A stretch of 64,000 bases of DNA. Source: an uncultured bacterium (lineage in GTDB: Bacteria > Chloroflexota > UBA5177 > JANWHV01). The number at the start of each line of letters is the position of its first letter. Positions within the stretch are counted from its first letter, which is position 1. The notes beneath the pieces are model-generated. The model did not search any database, had not been told where the DNA came from, and saw nothing but the letters and a program-made list of their open reading frames with translations. Position numbers and translations under genes: made by a program. This document shows positions 40,371 through 49,970 of this stretch, piece by piece. The DNA lies in NCBI GenBank assembly GCA_963729625.1, contig CAVSOU010000011.1:448001-512000 (forward strand). The letters run 5' to 3'.

Positions 40371-42392
40371 ATGTTTGCCAATGGTAGCGGCGAACCGGGC
40401 GAAACCGCGGAGCCGCAGACGTCTCGTACGTTGAGGGACTTCGCGCAGCGACGCATGCGCGTGGCTGCGTGCCTGGACGAGTTGGCGCAGATAAATGAGG
40501 AAGCTGGTCAGCACGGGCGCGCCGAACGCATTCGCGAACAGTCGACTGCAATCTCGAGCCAGCGCTTCACACTCCTTGTTCTCGGCGAGTTCAAACGCGG
40601 CAAGTCAACGCTCATCAACACCCTGCTGGGGAGCGACATGCTCCCTATTGGCGCGGCGCCGACCACCGCTGTCCTGACCAGGGTCAGCTACGGCGATGAC
40701 GTGTCAGCCAAGCTGCTGCTGGACGACGGCAGCGAGCGGGTGGTGCCAATCGAGCGGCTGGCCGACGAGATCACGCTTGTGCAGACAGATGAGGCGGTCA
40801 ATCAGCGGCGCCTGGCCGGGATCGTGCGCGCGGAAGTCACGGTGCCCGCGGCGATCTGCCGGAATGGCGTCGACATTGTCGATTCACCAGGCCTCGGTGA
40901 ACATGCGAGGCGTACCGAAGTGACGCACCAGGCGCTGCCGGCCGCGGATGCCGTTGTCTTTGTCTCCGACGCCGCGCAACTGGGTAGCGAGGACGAAGGC
41001 TTCGTCCGCGCTCGTCTCGCCAACGAAGATATCGACAACGTGTTCTTCGTGATTAACAAGTGGGATCGCGTGTACAACGAGTCAGAAGATCCCGATGCCG
41101 AGATCGCGGCCCTCAGCAGGCGAGCGTGGTCGCTCTTCGTGCCCGAGCCGAAGGTAGGCTTCAACGGACAGGATCTGCGAGCACACCGCATCTACCCAAT
41201 CTCCTGCCGGCCAAATCTGGCCCCGGAGGAGGAGCGTGCTGGCTTGCGGGCGAAGTTTGCCGCGTTCTCCGCCGACCTGGAGGGCTTTCTCGTTGAGGAA
41301 GCAGGCCGCGTGGCACTGGAACGCTCGGTGGCTCGCGGCCGAGCCCTGGCAGCGGAGACTATTGCAGGCCTGCGCGCCCGCGGACCTGCTCTGGCAGCGG
41401 GTATCGATGAGTTCGAGCGCCGCGTGCAGGCCGCGGAGGAGGCCCTGCGCAAGCTGGAGGGCCCGCGCCAGTCAATCCGGGATAAGATTGCCGTGCGGCG
41501 CCAGACTGTCCGGGACGAGGTGCGCGTGCGAGCTACCACGGACCTGCCGCGCATCGAGGTGGCTATAAAGGAGGAGTTCACCGCGTTTGAGTTCCGGCCG
41601 CGAAAGGAATGGCCGCAGCGCATTGCAGACGGCATGCAGGATAGCTTCCGACGGCAGCAGATCCGTGATGAGCTTCGCGTAAAAGTTCGCGAAATCGCTA
41701 TCGCGAAGCTGGAGCCCTGGGCGTCCGGGCTCAACACCTTCGTCGAAGGGCAGCTCAAGTCCCTTGCTGAAGAAGTGGCTGTCGAGGGTATGCACGTCGA
41801 GGCCACGCTCCGCGAGGCGACACGGATCTTGAGCGGCCTCGATCACCCCGGGGACACGAGCAACCAGGACCAGGAGGACATGCTCAAGCGTGGGATCGCC
41901 GCGGGCATTGGCGTCATTCTTCTGGATCCGTTCCTGATATTCTCCGGAAGTATGCACGGATTCAAGGGACTCGGTCGAACGCTGCTGTACCAGTTGGCGG
42001 CGGCTATGGTTGGCGTGGCCGTTGGACTTCCCTTGCTGCCGGTACTGGTCGTAGGCGCTGCCGTAGCGACCGTACAGAACAATGACGAGCTGATCGGCGA
42101 TCTGAAGAGCGATGTCGAGAAGGAGGTCCTCGAGCGCCTTCAGTCCATGCACACGACCGCCCTGGGCGACCTGCAGAACCAGGTGGCGGAGCCGCTGGAC
42201 ACGGCGGCGGTGGCAATCGAGAAGGAAATCGGCGCGCGAGTCGCCGACCACAGGGAGACTGTTGCGACGCTCCGCAAGCAGTTTGGAACCGCCCAGCAGG
42301 ACACCGAGCGCGAGCGCCAGCGCCTGGAGCAGGCGCAGGTGAGCATCGTGCACATCGTCGCACGACTCGAGAGTATAGGCATTGGCAATTGA
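40371..42392 (+). CDS. bacterial dynamin-like GTPase 1 (with a hydrophobic paddle)
   Basis: G1 GEFKRGKS, G2 PTT, G3 DSPG, G4 NKWD; helical stalk; hydrophobic segments GIAAGIGVILL and AAAMVGVAVGLPLLPVLVVGAAVA. Confidence 0.88.
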   Translation: MFANGSGEPGETAEPQTSRTLRDFAQRRMRVAACLDELAQINEEAGQHGRAERIREQSTAISSQRFTLLVLGEFKRGKSTLINTLLGSDMLPIGAAPTTAVLTRVSYGDDVSAKLLLDDGSERVVPIERLADEITLVQTDEAVNQRRLAGIVRAEVTVPAAICRNGVDIVDSPGLGEHARRTEVTHQALPAADAVVFVSDAAQLGSEDEGFVRARLANEDIDNVFFVINKWDRVYNESEDPDAEIAALSRRAWSLFVPEPKVGFNGQDLRAHRIYPISCRPNLAPEEERAGLRAKFAAFSADLEGFLVEEAGRVALERSVARGRALAAETIAGLRARGPALAAGIDEFERRVQAAEEALRKLEGPRQSIRDKIAVRRQTVRDEVRVRATTDLPRIEVAIKEEFTAFEFRPRKEWPQRIADGMQDSFRRQQIRDELRVKVREIAIAKLEPWASGLNTFVEGQLKSLAEEVAVEGMHVEATLREATRILSGLDHPGDTSNQDQEDMLKRGIAAGIGVILLDPFLIFSGSMHGFKGLGRTLLYQLAAAMVGVAVGLPLLPVLVVGAAVATVQNNDELIGDLKSDVEKEVLERLQSMHTTALGDLQNQVAEPLDTAAVAIEKEIGARVADHRETVATLRKQFGTAQQDTERERQRLEQAQVSIVHIVARLESIGIGN

Positions 42393-44643
42393 CCTTGAAA
42401 CGTTGCGGGCGACAGTCCTGGCGGAGGTGCCCTGGCATCCCGCCAGGACTGTCGCCGGCACGCTGCGATTCCAGGGCGATAACCTCGTCGTCGAGCCTCG
42501 CAGTGCCGACGATCAATGGGTCGAGCTACCGGTAACGACGATCTCGCGTGCAGCCATGGAGTCGACACTTGGCATGCTTCCAGTGCTTCGCGTGTGGCAC
42601 ACGGCTCACGGCGGCGAACAGGAGTCGCGTTTTGCATTCAGCGCGGCCGGCGATCACGATGACCGTTCGCAGGATAACGGCGGTCCAGGACTCTCCGACC
42701 GCATTGGCCCTGGCGTCGCGCGTGATGCGGCCCAGGCGATCGAGAGCGGTTTCCGTGTGCTGACCAGCGGGCTCAGCCTTGGCAAGCGGACCGCGCGGCA
42801 GGCGGTGGAGGGACTTGCACGGCACGAGGAATACCAGCAGTGGCCGGCAGCCATCGCCCAGGCGCAAGAGCAGGCCAAGAAGCGGCCACACGGACAAGGA
42901 TCCCCCCAGGCGCCGGCGGCCGTGCAGGAGCCGATCGTGCCGCCCAATGTGCAGCCTCCGACGGGGAACGCGATCGAGCAATTCGCGTGGTTCCGCGAAC
43001 GAGTGCCTGGGTGGCTGGCCGTGTGCAGCCGGCGCGCGCGTGAGTTAGGTGTGCACGGCGTACCCGTGATCCAGCCGATGTATCCGCTCGACAGCGACAC
43101 GTGCAGAATTGTGGTCATCGGAGAGTTCAGCCGCGGTAAGTCCACGCTGATCAACGCGCTGTTTGGCATTCATGGGGAGATCGCGCTCCCGACGGGCATG
43201 ACTCCGACCACGCCAATCGCATTCGCCCTGCGCGTACCGCGCGTTGGCGAAGTAGACGGCGCCACAATCACGTACCGTACGCGCCGCCAGCCGCTTGAGC
43301 TGACGCTGGACGAGTTCCGGCAGGCGGCGCGATTGGTGGACGACGATCGGCTTGCCGGACATGAATCCGCACCAGACCCAAATTTGCAGGAAGCCAGACG
43401 GGTAGAGGTCCGCATTACTGGCGCCTACCTTCCGTCAGGTGTGGAGATCGAAGATACGCCGGGGTTGAACGAGCAATCCGGCAGATCGGCGGGCGCGCTC
43501 TCCGCACTCGGACGAGCCGACCTGATCCTCTTCGTTCTCGCGGCCGATCAATTGCTCGGGGATCTCGAACGCGACGTGATTACCAACACGCTGATCAAAG
43601 AGCATCACCGAAACGTGCTGTTTCTTGTGAATTTCTGGGATAACGTGCTGGATGAACATGAGCGGGAGAACCTGAGGACACGAGCTCGCGCCATCCTCGC
43701 CGACTTCCCGAGCCCCTTTCGGCGCACCACCGGCGCTGCGGAGAGCGGCGAACAGCTTGGCGACGTCTTCTATGTGTCGGCGCTTCAAGCCGCCCGCGCT
43801 CAGCGCCAGCGTAAGTCGGCGCCTGACGAATCCGGCATTCCGCTCTTGCGCGCGCGCTTGCGTGAGCTCGTGGGCCCCGAATCGCACGCTATGCTGTTGC
43901 GTGCGCGGGCAGGACGAGCGCGCAGGTTCGTGCGGATTCTTCGCAACGTCGTGTCGCGGTCGACCGCCGAGCGGAGCGCGCGCGCCCACGGCGCTGCACG
44001 GCCAGCCACCACGGGTGAACAAGCGGGCGTAGCCGCCGTCGCGGCGAAACGCGTCGCAGCCGGTCTCCCGGACGCCATGCTCGGCGCCACCGCACGGTTG
44101 CAGGCCGGACTTGAACAGGGCACGGTTGGCAGCCTCGACCGGTTGACTGAGCGCCTGGCCATGGCGCGCGCGACCGAGCATGCGATTCGGATTGATGATG
44201 AGCTCAGGCGCGCGCTGCTTGCTGAGTTCCGAACTGTGGCCGCGGACTACGCAAGAGCCGCCCAGGCCGCATTGGACCTGGTCGTTGCCCGCGCGCGCGC
44301 CGCGTTTCTGCAACATGGGTTGACGCCGCCTGCCTTCGACGTGCACCTGGCGCCCATGAGCCTTTCGTTGCCCCCCGACGCGGAACCCGACCTCCTCCTG
44401 GCTACGGCTCGAGGTGCTTCCCGCCTGCTGCGAGAAGATCTTGAGCGACAGTCGGCGTCGCTCACCGCGGATCTGCTGCGCATGTGCGATGAGCACCCGC
44501 GCACCGCTCAAGCGTCTGCCGGGAATCTGGACACCGAGCAACCATCGAGGTCCGGCGCGGACGCACTCGCCCATACCGCGGGACTGCGGCTGCTCGAGGA
44601 GGACCTGCTCCGACTCGACGACCTGCTTGCCCGGATGACCTGA
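42382..44643 (+). CDS. bacterial dynamin-like GTPase 2 with a long N-terminal extension
   Basis: G1 GEFSRGKS, TPTT, DTPG and G4 NFWD; the TTG start overlaps the end of the upstream gene. Confidence 0.85.
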   Translation: MAIDLETLRATVLAEVPWHPARTVAGTLRFQGDNLVVEPRSADDQWVELPVTTISRAAMESTLGMLPVLRVWHTAHGGEQESRFAFSAAGDHDDRSQDNGGPGLSDRIGPGVARDAAQAIESGFRVLTSGLSLGKRTARQAVEGLARHEEYQQWPAAIAQAQEQAKKRPHGQGSPQAPAAVQEPIVPPNVQPPTGNAIEQFAWFRERVPGWLAVCSRRARELGVHGVPVIQPMYPLDSDTCRIVVIGEFSRGKSTLINALFGIHGEIALPTGMTPTTPIAFALRVPRVGEVDGATITYRTRRQPLELTLDEFRQAARLVDDDRLAGHESAPDPNLQEARRVEVRITGAYLPSGVEIEDTPGLNEQSGRSAGALSALGRADLILFVLAADQLLGDLERDVITNTLIKEHHRNVLFLVNFWDNVLDEHERENLRTRARAILADFPSPFRRTTGAAESGEQLGDVFYVSALQAARAQRQRKSAPDESGIPLLRARLRELVGPESHAMLLRARAGRARRFVRILRNVVSRSTAERSARAHGAARPATTGEQAGVAAVAAKRVAAGLPDAMLGATARLQAGLEQGTVGSLDRLTERLAMARATEHAIRIDDELRRALLAEFRTVAADYARAAQAALDLVVARARAAFLQHGLTPPAFDVHLAPMSLSLPPDAEPDLLLATARGASRLLREDLERQSASLTADLLRMCDEHPRTAQASAGNLDTEQPSRSGADALAHTAGLRLLEEDLLRLDDLLARMT

Positions 44644-44783
44644 GGTATCGCTTGGCTGGTAGTCAGAGCGCGTACGGACCCGCGCAGACTCGGCATAGCA
44701 TAGCGCACGTGCCAGACATTGGATTCGAACTGGCATGGCAGGCCGGAACGAACAGACGGCGACCGCCCAGTAGATAACGCTGA

Positions 44784-44799
44784 GTGCAGACGTCTGCAC
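44784..44799. repeat. perfect 16-bp palindrome GTGCAGACGTCTGCAC, copy 1 (candidate parS or operator)
   Basis: Read directly; an identical copy is at 44878-44893; lies upstream of parA. Confidence 0.85.
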
Positions 44800-44877
44800 C
44801 GTGCCAACCGGAAAGCTGCCGGCTCGGTGTCCCAAGGCAGAACAGCCAGAATGTGACCGCCGCATGGTCGACGTCCT

Positions 44878-44893
44878 GTGCAGACGTCTGCAC
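44878..44893. repeat. perfect 16-bp palindrome GTGCAGACGTCTGCAC, copy 2 (candidate parS or operator)
   Basis: Read directly; flanked by TGGTCGAC (44865-44872) and GTCGACCA (44897-44904), which form a longer imperfect inverted repeat. Confidence 0.85.
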
Positions 44894-44930
44894 TGTGTCG
44901 ACCAAATGAGTGCCGGATCGTGGCGCGCTC

Positions 44931-44939
44931 TGGTATACT
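44931..44939 (+). promoter_or_regulatory. extended -10 promoter element for parAB
   Basis: TGGTATACT (TGnTATACT) about 30 nt before the parA ATG; no convincing -35. Confidence 0.5.
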
Positions 44940-44970
44940 CCGCCAGTGCAACGGCAGTTAAGAGGGTGTC

Positions 44971-45735
44971 ATGGCCACGATAATCGCGTTTGCTCAGCGG
45001 AAGGGCGGCAGTGGCAAGACCACATCGGCCTTCAATATCGCCGGCGCGTTGAGCGAGGTGGGCAAACGCATTCTTGTCATCGACATGGATCCTCAGGTCA
45101 CGCTCAGTACCCTCTGTAGTGCGCCTCTCGACCTGGACCTGCCAGGGATCCTGCACGAAGGCGCGCCGCTCAATCGCCTGGTGTGCTCGACGCCGTTCCA
45201 CAACATCGCGATCATACCGGGCCACTCGGACATGGTCGGACTGCAGGAGCAGACCCTGCCGAACGCGGACTTGCTGCTCAAGCGGAGCCTGGACGCCAGC
45301 CCCCACTTGCTGGAGAACTTCGACATCTGCCTGATCGACAGCCCTCCACTGCTCGGGCGGCTCACCTTGAACGTATTGGTCACCGCACACGTCGCGATTC
45401 TCCCGCTAAATCCGCAGGATCTGGGCAGTCGGCAGGCGCTTGACGAAACGCTCGGCACAATCGAACGCGTTCGCCGCCAGCGAAACTACACGCTGAGGCT
45501 TGGTGGAATCCTGCTGGGCCAGGTACGAGCTCGCACGTCACTTGGACGGCAAGCGGTGGCTGCAATGCGCTCACGCTTCGGCTCGGCGATTCTCGAGCCC
45601 ATTGTTCCTGACGCGATAAGTGTGCAGGAGTCACTCAATGCGCAGCGACCGATGGTGTTCTATCGCCCACGATCGGCCGCTGCCCAAGCCTATCGCGAGC
45701 TGGCCCAGATTATTGCCGGCTCTCGCCCGGGGTAG
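44971..45735 (+). CDS. parA: ParA/Soj family ATPase
   Basis: Deviant Walker A KGGSGKTT, IDMDPQ, DSPP..LTLNVL and AAQAYRELA. Confidence 0.9.
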   Translation: MATIIAFAQRKGGSGKTTSAFNIAGALSEVGKRILVIDMDPQVTLSTLCSAPLDLDLPGILHEGAPLNRLVCSTPFHNIAIIPGHSDMVGLQEQTLPNADLLLKRSLDASPHLLENFDICLIDSPPLLGRLTLNVLVTAHVAILPLNPQDLGSRQALDETLGTIERVRRQRNYTLRLGGILLGQVRARTSLGRQAVAAMRSRFGSAILEPIVPDAISVQESLNAQRPMVFYRPRSAAAQAYRELAQIIAGSRPG

Positions 45736-45757
45736 CAGGTAACTGAGGAGAACGCAG

Positions 45758-46861
45758 TTGGCTCCTAGGCAATTCGATTTCACGCCAATACCGCAGCCCT
45801 CCGCTCCGGTTCGCGACCACGCGTTGACCGCAAGCTCCGACGGGTCGCAGCCGCTGATGGCAGCGCGCCTTGTCCCTCTGGACCGGCTCGTAGCCGACCC
45901 GGACCAGCCCCGGAAGACGTTCGGCGAGGAGGGGCTGCAAGAGTTGGCAACCTCGCTTCGTACCGCAGGCATGCGACAGCCGATTACCGCCTACTACGAT
46001 GACAGCCGCGAAGCATTCGTAGTGATCAGCGGTGAACGCAGGCTAATCGCCGCACGGGCCGCCGGCCTCACCCATGCCCCAGTGCTGGTTGAGCATCGAC
46101 CAACGTCGGACGCTGAGAAGCTCGTGCTGCAGCTTGCCGAGAACCTGGTACGCGAGGACCTAACGGTGCCGGAGGCGGCGCGCGCACTCTCTCGCCTGAG
46201 GGAGCTCAGGCCGTCAGACTGGCTGGAGGTGGCACGACAGCACGGTATCGGCCGGCGAAGAGCGTACCAGTATTTGGAACATCTCTCCGACCCACCTATC
46301 TTGCAGAGGGCGCTGGCCGGCAATGCGATCAGCGAAGGTCATGCCGCCGAGCTACGCCGCATACCAGTCGATCGCCTCCCGGACATGCTCAGGGAAGTCA
46401 TCGAAAACCATCTCAGTGTCGCGAACACCCGGCTGCTCATCGCGGCGACGAAGGCAGTGGCGCCGACCCCGAGCCCCGGGACATCGGCTGCGCTGGTTGA
46501 ACCGGCAGGCACACGCGTAGACGAGCCAAGTGATGATCTGTTGAGCGATGCGCCTTCGGCCGGCGAGATCGCCGAGGTGCTCAGACCCGAGTCCGCAGCC
46601 TGGTCCAAAGCGGTGAGCGGCACCGACATCCGGCGCGATAAGGCGAGGCGGGAACGGATGCGCCGTCTGCGGCTGCGCCTCGAACGCATTGCATCCGAGC
46701 TCCGAAACGCCCACGTGGACGAGATCGCCGCTGACCTGGACGCACTGCCCGAGATTATCATACAGGCACGGGAAGCCCGCGCCGGCCTGGATCGCTTCAT
46801 CGCACTGCTCGAGCGCGTCCGGCTTGATCGCGCCGAGCCGAACGAACCTGCCATCGAGTAG
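45758..46861 (+). CDS. parB: ParB/Spo0J family partition protein
   Basis: DPDQPRKTF, LQELATSL..GMRQPI, SGERRLIAA (CTP-binding motif), ENLVREDL and an HTH; TTG start after GAGGAG. Confidence 0.88.
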   Translation: MAPRQFDFTPIPQPSAPVRDHALTASSDGSQPLMAARLVPLDRLVADPDQPRKTFGEEGLQELATSLRTAGMRQPITAYYDDSREAFVVISGERRLIAARAAGLTHAPVLVEHRPTSDAEKLVLQLAENLVREDLTVPEAARALSRLRELRPSDWLEVARQHGIGRRRAYQYLEHLSDPPILQRALAGNAISEGHAAELRRIPVDRLPDMLREVIENHLSVANTRLLIAATKAVAPTPSPGTSAALVEPAGTRVDEPSDDLLSDAPSAGEIAEVLRPESAAWSKAVSGTDIRRDKARRERMRRLRLRLERIASELRNAHVDEIAADLDALPEIIIQAREARAGLDRFIALLERVRLDRAEPNEPAIE

Positions 46862-46935
46862 GCCTTCGAGCCCCAACGCGGCAGCAATGTCGCAGGCTAC
46901 AATCAAGTCAGCAAGTAAGGAAGTATGACACCGCG

Positions 46936-47772
46936 GTGAACTCCTCATTCATGCCCGGCTTCGTGCGGCCCGAGACACTGGCGCCCGAAGCATGGTGGTT
47001 CGTCCTTAACGACGACAGCGTTCTCGTACGAGAGCACGATGGCCAGGTCGAAGTACCGTTCGCGCGCAGTCTTGCGGACTTGGGCATCGACGCTTCCGAG
47101 CCCCACTATCTGGGCAGGGTGGGGGATCATGCGTGCCTGGCAGCTCCGCTGGCCTCGGATTGGACCCCACCGGCCGGTTTCGCGCGTGAGGGATTGCGCG
47201 GACTGTATGGAAGAATCGACGACGATCTCTTCGCGATCGCCGGACGCGCAAGCCAGGTTGTGACGTGGGATCGCACGCACCGGTTCTGCGGCCGGTGCGG
47301 AGCACCGACCGTTCCGCTCGATACCGAGCGCGCGCGCCAGTGCCCAGTCTGTGGTTTGACGGCCTACCCGCGCATCTCCCCATGCGTGATCGTACTGATC
47401 ACGAGAGACGCGGAGGTGCTGCTCGCGCGCGGCCGGAATTTCCCCGCCGGGCGCTATAGCACACCCGCGGGCTTTGTCGAGCTGGGAGAAACACTGGAAG
47501 AGACGGTAGTGCGCGAGGTGCGCGAAGAGGTCGGCGTCGAAGTGGAAAACATCCGGTATTTCGGCAGCCAACCATGGCCGTTTCCTCACCAGATCATGAT
47601 TGGCTTCACCTGCACCTGGAAGTCCGGAGAGATATGCATCGACCCTCAGGAGATCGCCGACGCGCAATGGTTCACGCGCGGCTCAATGCCTCAAATCCCA
47701 CCGCCGCTCAGCATCTCGCGCCGGCTTATCGATTCGTACCTGTTCGCCGAGGCAGGACGCGCGTCGGGCTGA
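46936..47772 (+). CDS. nudC: NAD(+)/NADH diphosphatase
   Basis: HRFCGRCG..CPVCG..YPRISP zinc finger, Nudix box AGFVELGETLEETVVREVREEVG and SQPWPFP. Confidence 0.93.
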   Translation: MNSSFMPGFVRPETLAPEAWWFVLNDDSVLVREHDGQVEVPFARSLADLGIDASEPHYLGRVGDHACLAAPLASDWTPPAGFAREGLRGLYGRIDDDLFAIAGRASQVVTWDRTHRFCGRCGAPTVPLDTERARQCPVCGLTAYPRISPCVIVLITRDAEVLLARGRNFPAGRYSTPAGFVELGETLEETVVREVREEVGVEVENIRYFGSQPWPFPHQIMIGFTCTWKSGEICIDPQEIADAQWFTRGSMPQIPPPLSISRRLIDSYLFAEAGRASG

Positions 47773-47908
47773 CCGGCCTCCCACCGCGGCTGGAGGTCAA
47801 TTCCATGGAAGTCGGGCCGCATCTGCTTTCCACGACCTGCCTCGGCAGGTACCGCTACCAGAGGCCGATCGTCAGTCGAGCTTACCCGTGGGGAGCCTGC
47901 CGCACACG

Positions 47909-48499
47909 CTATACGGCGACAGGGCGCAGCGCGTGCAGGAAGGCCACTTCGTCCGAAGCCGCCATAACCGTGGGTATCAGCTCGAACTGCCCAATTCCAA
48001 GGTGCGCGCTCGCCACGAGCCGGAAGCCAGCGCGAGCAAAGGCGTGCAGCGACGGCTCATTGCCGGGAGCCACGGCGCCCCAAGCCCACACGTCGCCCTG
48101 CAGTCGAAGATCTTCTACCACGAAGCGCAGCAGCCCGGCAAATATGCCTCGACCGCGATGCAGTGGAAGTGTTGCACAGTCCCAGATATATGCGTGCCCG
48201 CGCGGGATCGGCACGGCCAGGTTCAGCTCGTAGATGCGAATCATGTCGTGGTTGACCCAGCCGTACGCTGCGATGCGATCGTCGGGAAGCACTGCAAGAA
48301 AAGCCTGTGCGGCCGCGGCGCAGCGCTCGAAAACTGTCTCGACCGGCACGCTCATGGCTTCCGCCAATGGCTGAGCAAAGGCCGCGTGATAGCGCACAAA
48401 CCGTATCCCCGCGACGACATACGGTTCGATAGGTCCGCACTGCAGGTCAAACGTCTCGATTGCCCCGGCAGGTACCTGTTCGCGCCGATCCGTCATCAT
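47909..48499 (-). CDS. GNAT family N-acetyltransferase
   Basis: YIWDCATLPLHRGRGIF and NEPSLHAFARAGF. The start is approximate. Confidence 0.75.
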   Translation of the reverse strand: MMTDRREQVPAGAIETFDLQCGPIEPYVVAGIRFVRYHAAFAQPLAEAMSVPVETVFERCAAAAQAFLAVLPDDRIAAYGWVNHDMIRIYELNLAVPIPRGHAYIWDCATLPLHRGRGIFAGLLRFVVEDLRLQGDVWAWGAVAPGNEPSLHAFARAGFRLVASAHLGIGQFELIPTVMAASDEVAFLHALRPVAV

Positions 48500-48638
48500 A
48501 CAGGCCTGAGCATCTCGACCGCGCTGAGCGCACGCTGCCAAGACGATGGCGTCTTCCACGGACGCGAGCACTTCTCTCGGCACGACGTGTCACCAGGCGT
48601 CCAAGTTTCATATCGAGCATACCCTGTCGCATGCGAAG

Positions 48639-49757
48639 TTAGCACATGCGGACCGCGCGCGGTAGATCGCTCAGGACATGAGCGCCACCGTCATCCAGGT
48701 ACACGATCTCTTCCAGCCGCACGCCGAAGCGGCCGGGAAGGTAGATTCCCGGCTCAATACTGAAAACCATGCCCGGCAGCAACATCACGTCGCTGGTCGC
48801 GGTGATATACGGCTGCTCATGCACGGAAAGGCCCAGACCATGACCGGTACGATGCACGAAGTACTGCCCGTAGCCGGCATCGGCAATGACCTTCCTTGCC
48901 GCGGCGTCCACTTCTCGCGCAGGCACTCCCGGCCGCGCTGCCGACTGTGCGGCGCGAGATGCCTCTTCCACGACGGCGTGCACGCGCGCGTATTCGGCGT
49001 CGGGCAGCGCCCCACCCGCAATTGCCATGCGCGTGATATCAGAACAGTAGCCGCGCAACCTGCTTCCAATGTCTGCGACGACGACATCGCCTGCCCGTAT
49101 CGTCGTCCCATCCGACTGGTGGTGAGGCAGGGCGCTGTGAGAACCAGCGCCGATGGTGGCAAAGACCGTCTCCTCGGCGCCCGCGCGGGCCATCGCCGCC
49201 GATGCAATCGCAACGAGCTCCAGCTCGGAAATACCCGGCTCGCAGGCAGCGAACGCCGCATCGATTCCGGCATCCGCCGTGGCGGCCGCGGCCCGCAATA
49301 CTGCGATTTCATCCGGATCCTTGACGCTCCGAAGTGGTCCTACGATCGGGCTTGCAGGCCCAAATGACGCGTCCTTCAGCGCACTCTGGAGTTCGAGCAG
49401 GTGATCGGCCCTCATCTCTTCGTCGACTGCTATGCGGGGTCTTTCCGGCAGGCCCATGGCCTTGATGGCTAGCGTCAGCGCGGCGGACGGGCCGTGCTCA
49501 TCCTGATAGGTCTGGATCGGCACCTGCGCATGCGATCGCACTTGGTCGGCATTCACCGCTGGAACGACGAAGAGTTGGTGGGCGTCGGTGAGGAGGAGCG
49601 CGCAGTACCGCTCGTCGGGGTGCGGGGCGAACCCACCCAGCGTGTAACGCATATTGTCGGTCACCGCGAGCACGAGCAGGTCGACGCCGGACTCCGTGAT
49701 CGCGTGCTGCAGAGCCCGCAGCCGCACCGGCCGGGCGTCCTCACTACCAATGTTCAT
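48639..49757 (-). CDS. Xaa-Pro peptidase (M24 family)
   Basis: LRSVKDPDEI, ALPHH, DIG..GYCSDITR, HRTGHGLGLSVHE, SIEPG and GVRLEE. Confidence 0.92.
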   Translation of the reverse strand: MNIGSEDARPVRLRALQHAITESGVDLLVLAVTDNMRYTLGGFAPHPDERYCALLLTDAHQLFVVPAVNADQVRSHAQVPIQTYQDEHGPSAALTLAIKAMGLPERPRIAVDEEMRADHLLELQSALKDASFGPASPIVGPLRSVKDPDEIAVLRAAAATADAGIDAAFAACEPGISELELVAIASAAMARAGAEETVFATIGAGSHSALPHHQSDGTTIRAGDVVVADIGSRLRGYCSDITRMAIAGGALPDAEYARVHAVVEEASRAAQSAARPGVPAREVDAAARKVIADAGYGQYFVHRTGHGLGLSVHEQPYITATSDVMLLPGMVFSIEPGIYLPGRFGVRLEEIVYLDDGGAHVLSDLPRAVRMC

Positions 49758-49970
49758 GTGTCATATCTCCTCGGTCCGTTACCGCGTCGTGACGCTGCGC
49801 TGGGAGGCGTGCTCGCTCGCGATCCCCCTCAGCGTCGCGACACCACTTACCCTATAGTATGCAGTTTGAGCTTGGTTGATTCACAGCACGCTGCTTCACC
49901 TTGTACGCTTCTTCAAGGCGCTTCGTCAACTATTGGCGCCGGGATACCGAGTTATTCAAGGGAGACGACC

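Noticed and set aside
43435-45390. 651-aa minus-strand ORF
   Set aside because: Antisense shadow of dynamin 2 and parA in GC-rich DNA, with no recognisable motifs.
40371-46861. Integrated plasmid, prophage or genomic island around dynamin-parAB
   Set aside because: No integrase, rep, tRNA target, att-like repeats or obvious compositional shift were seen.
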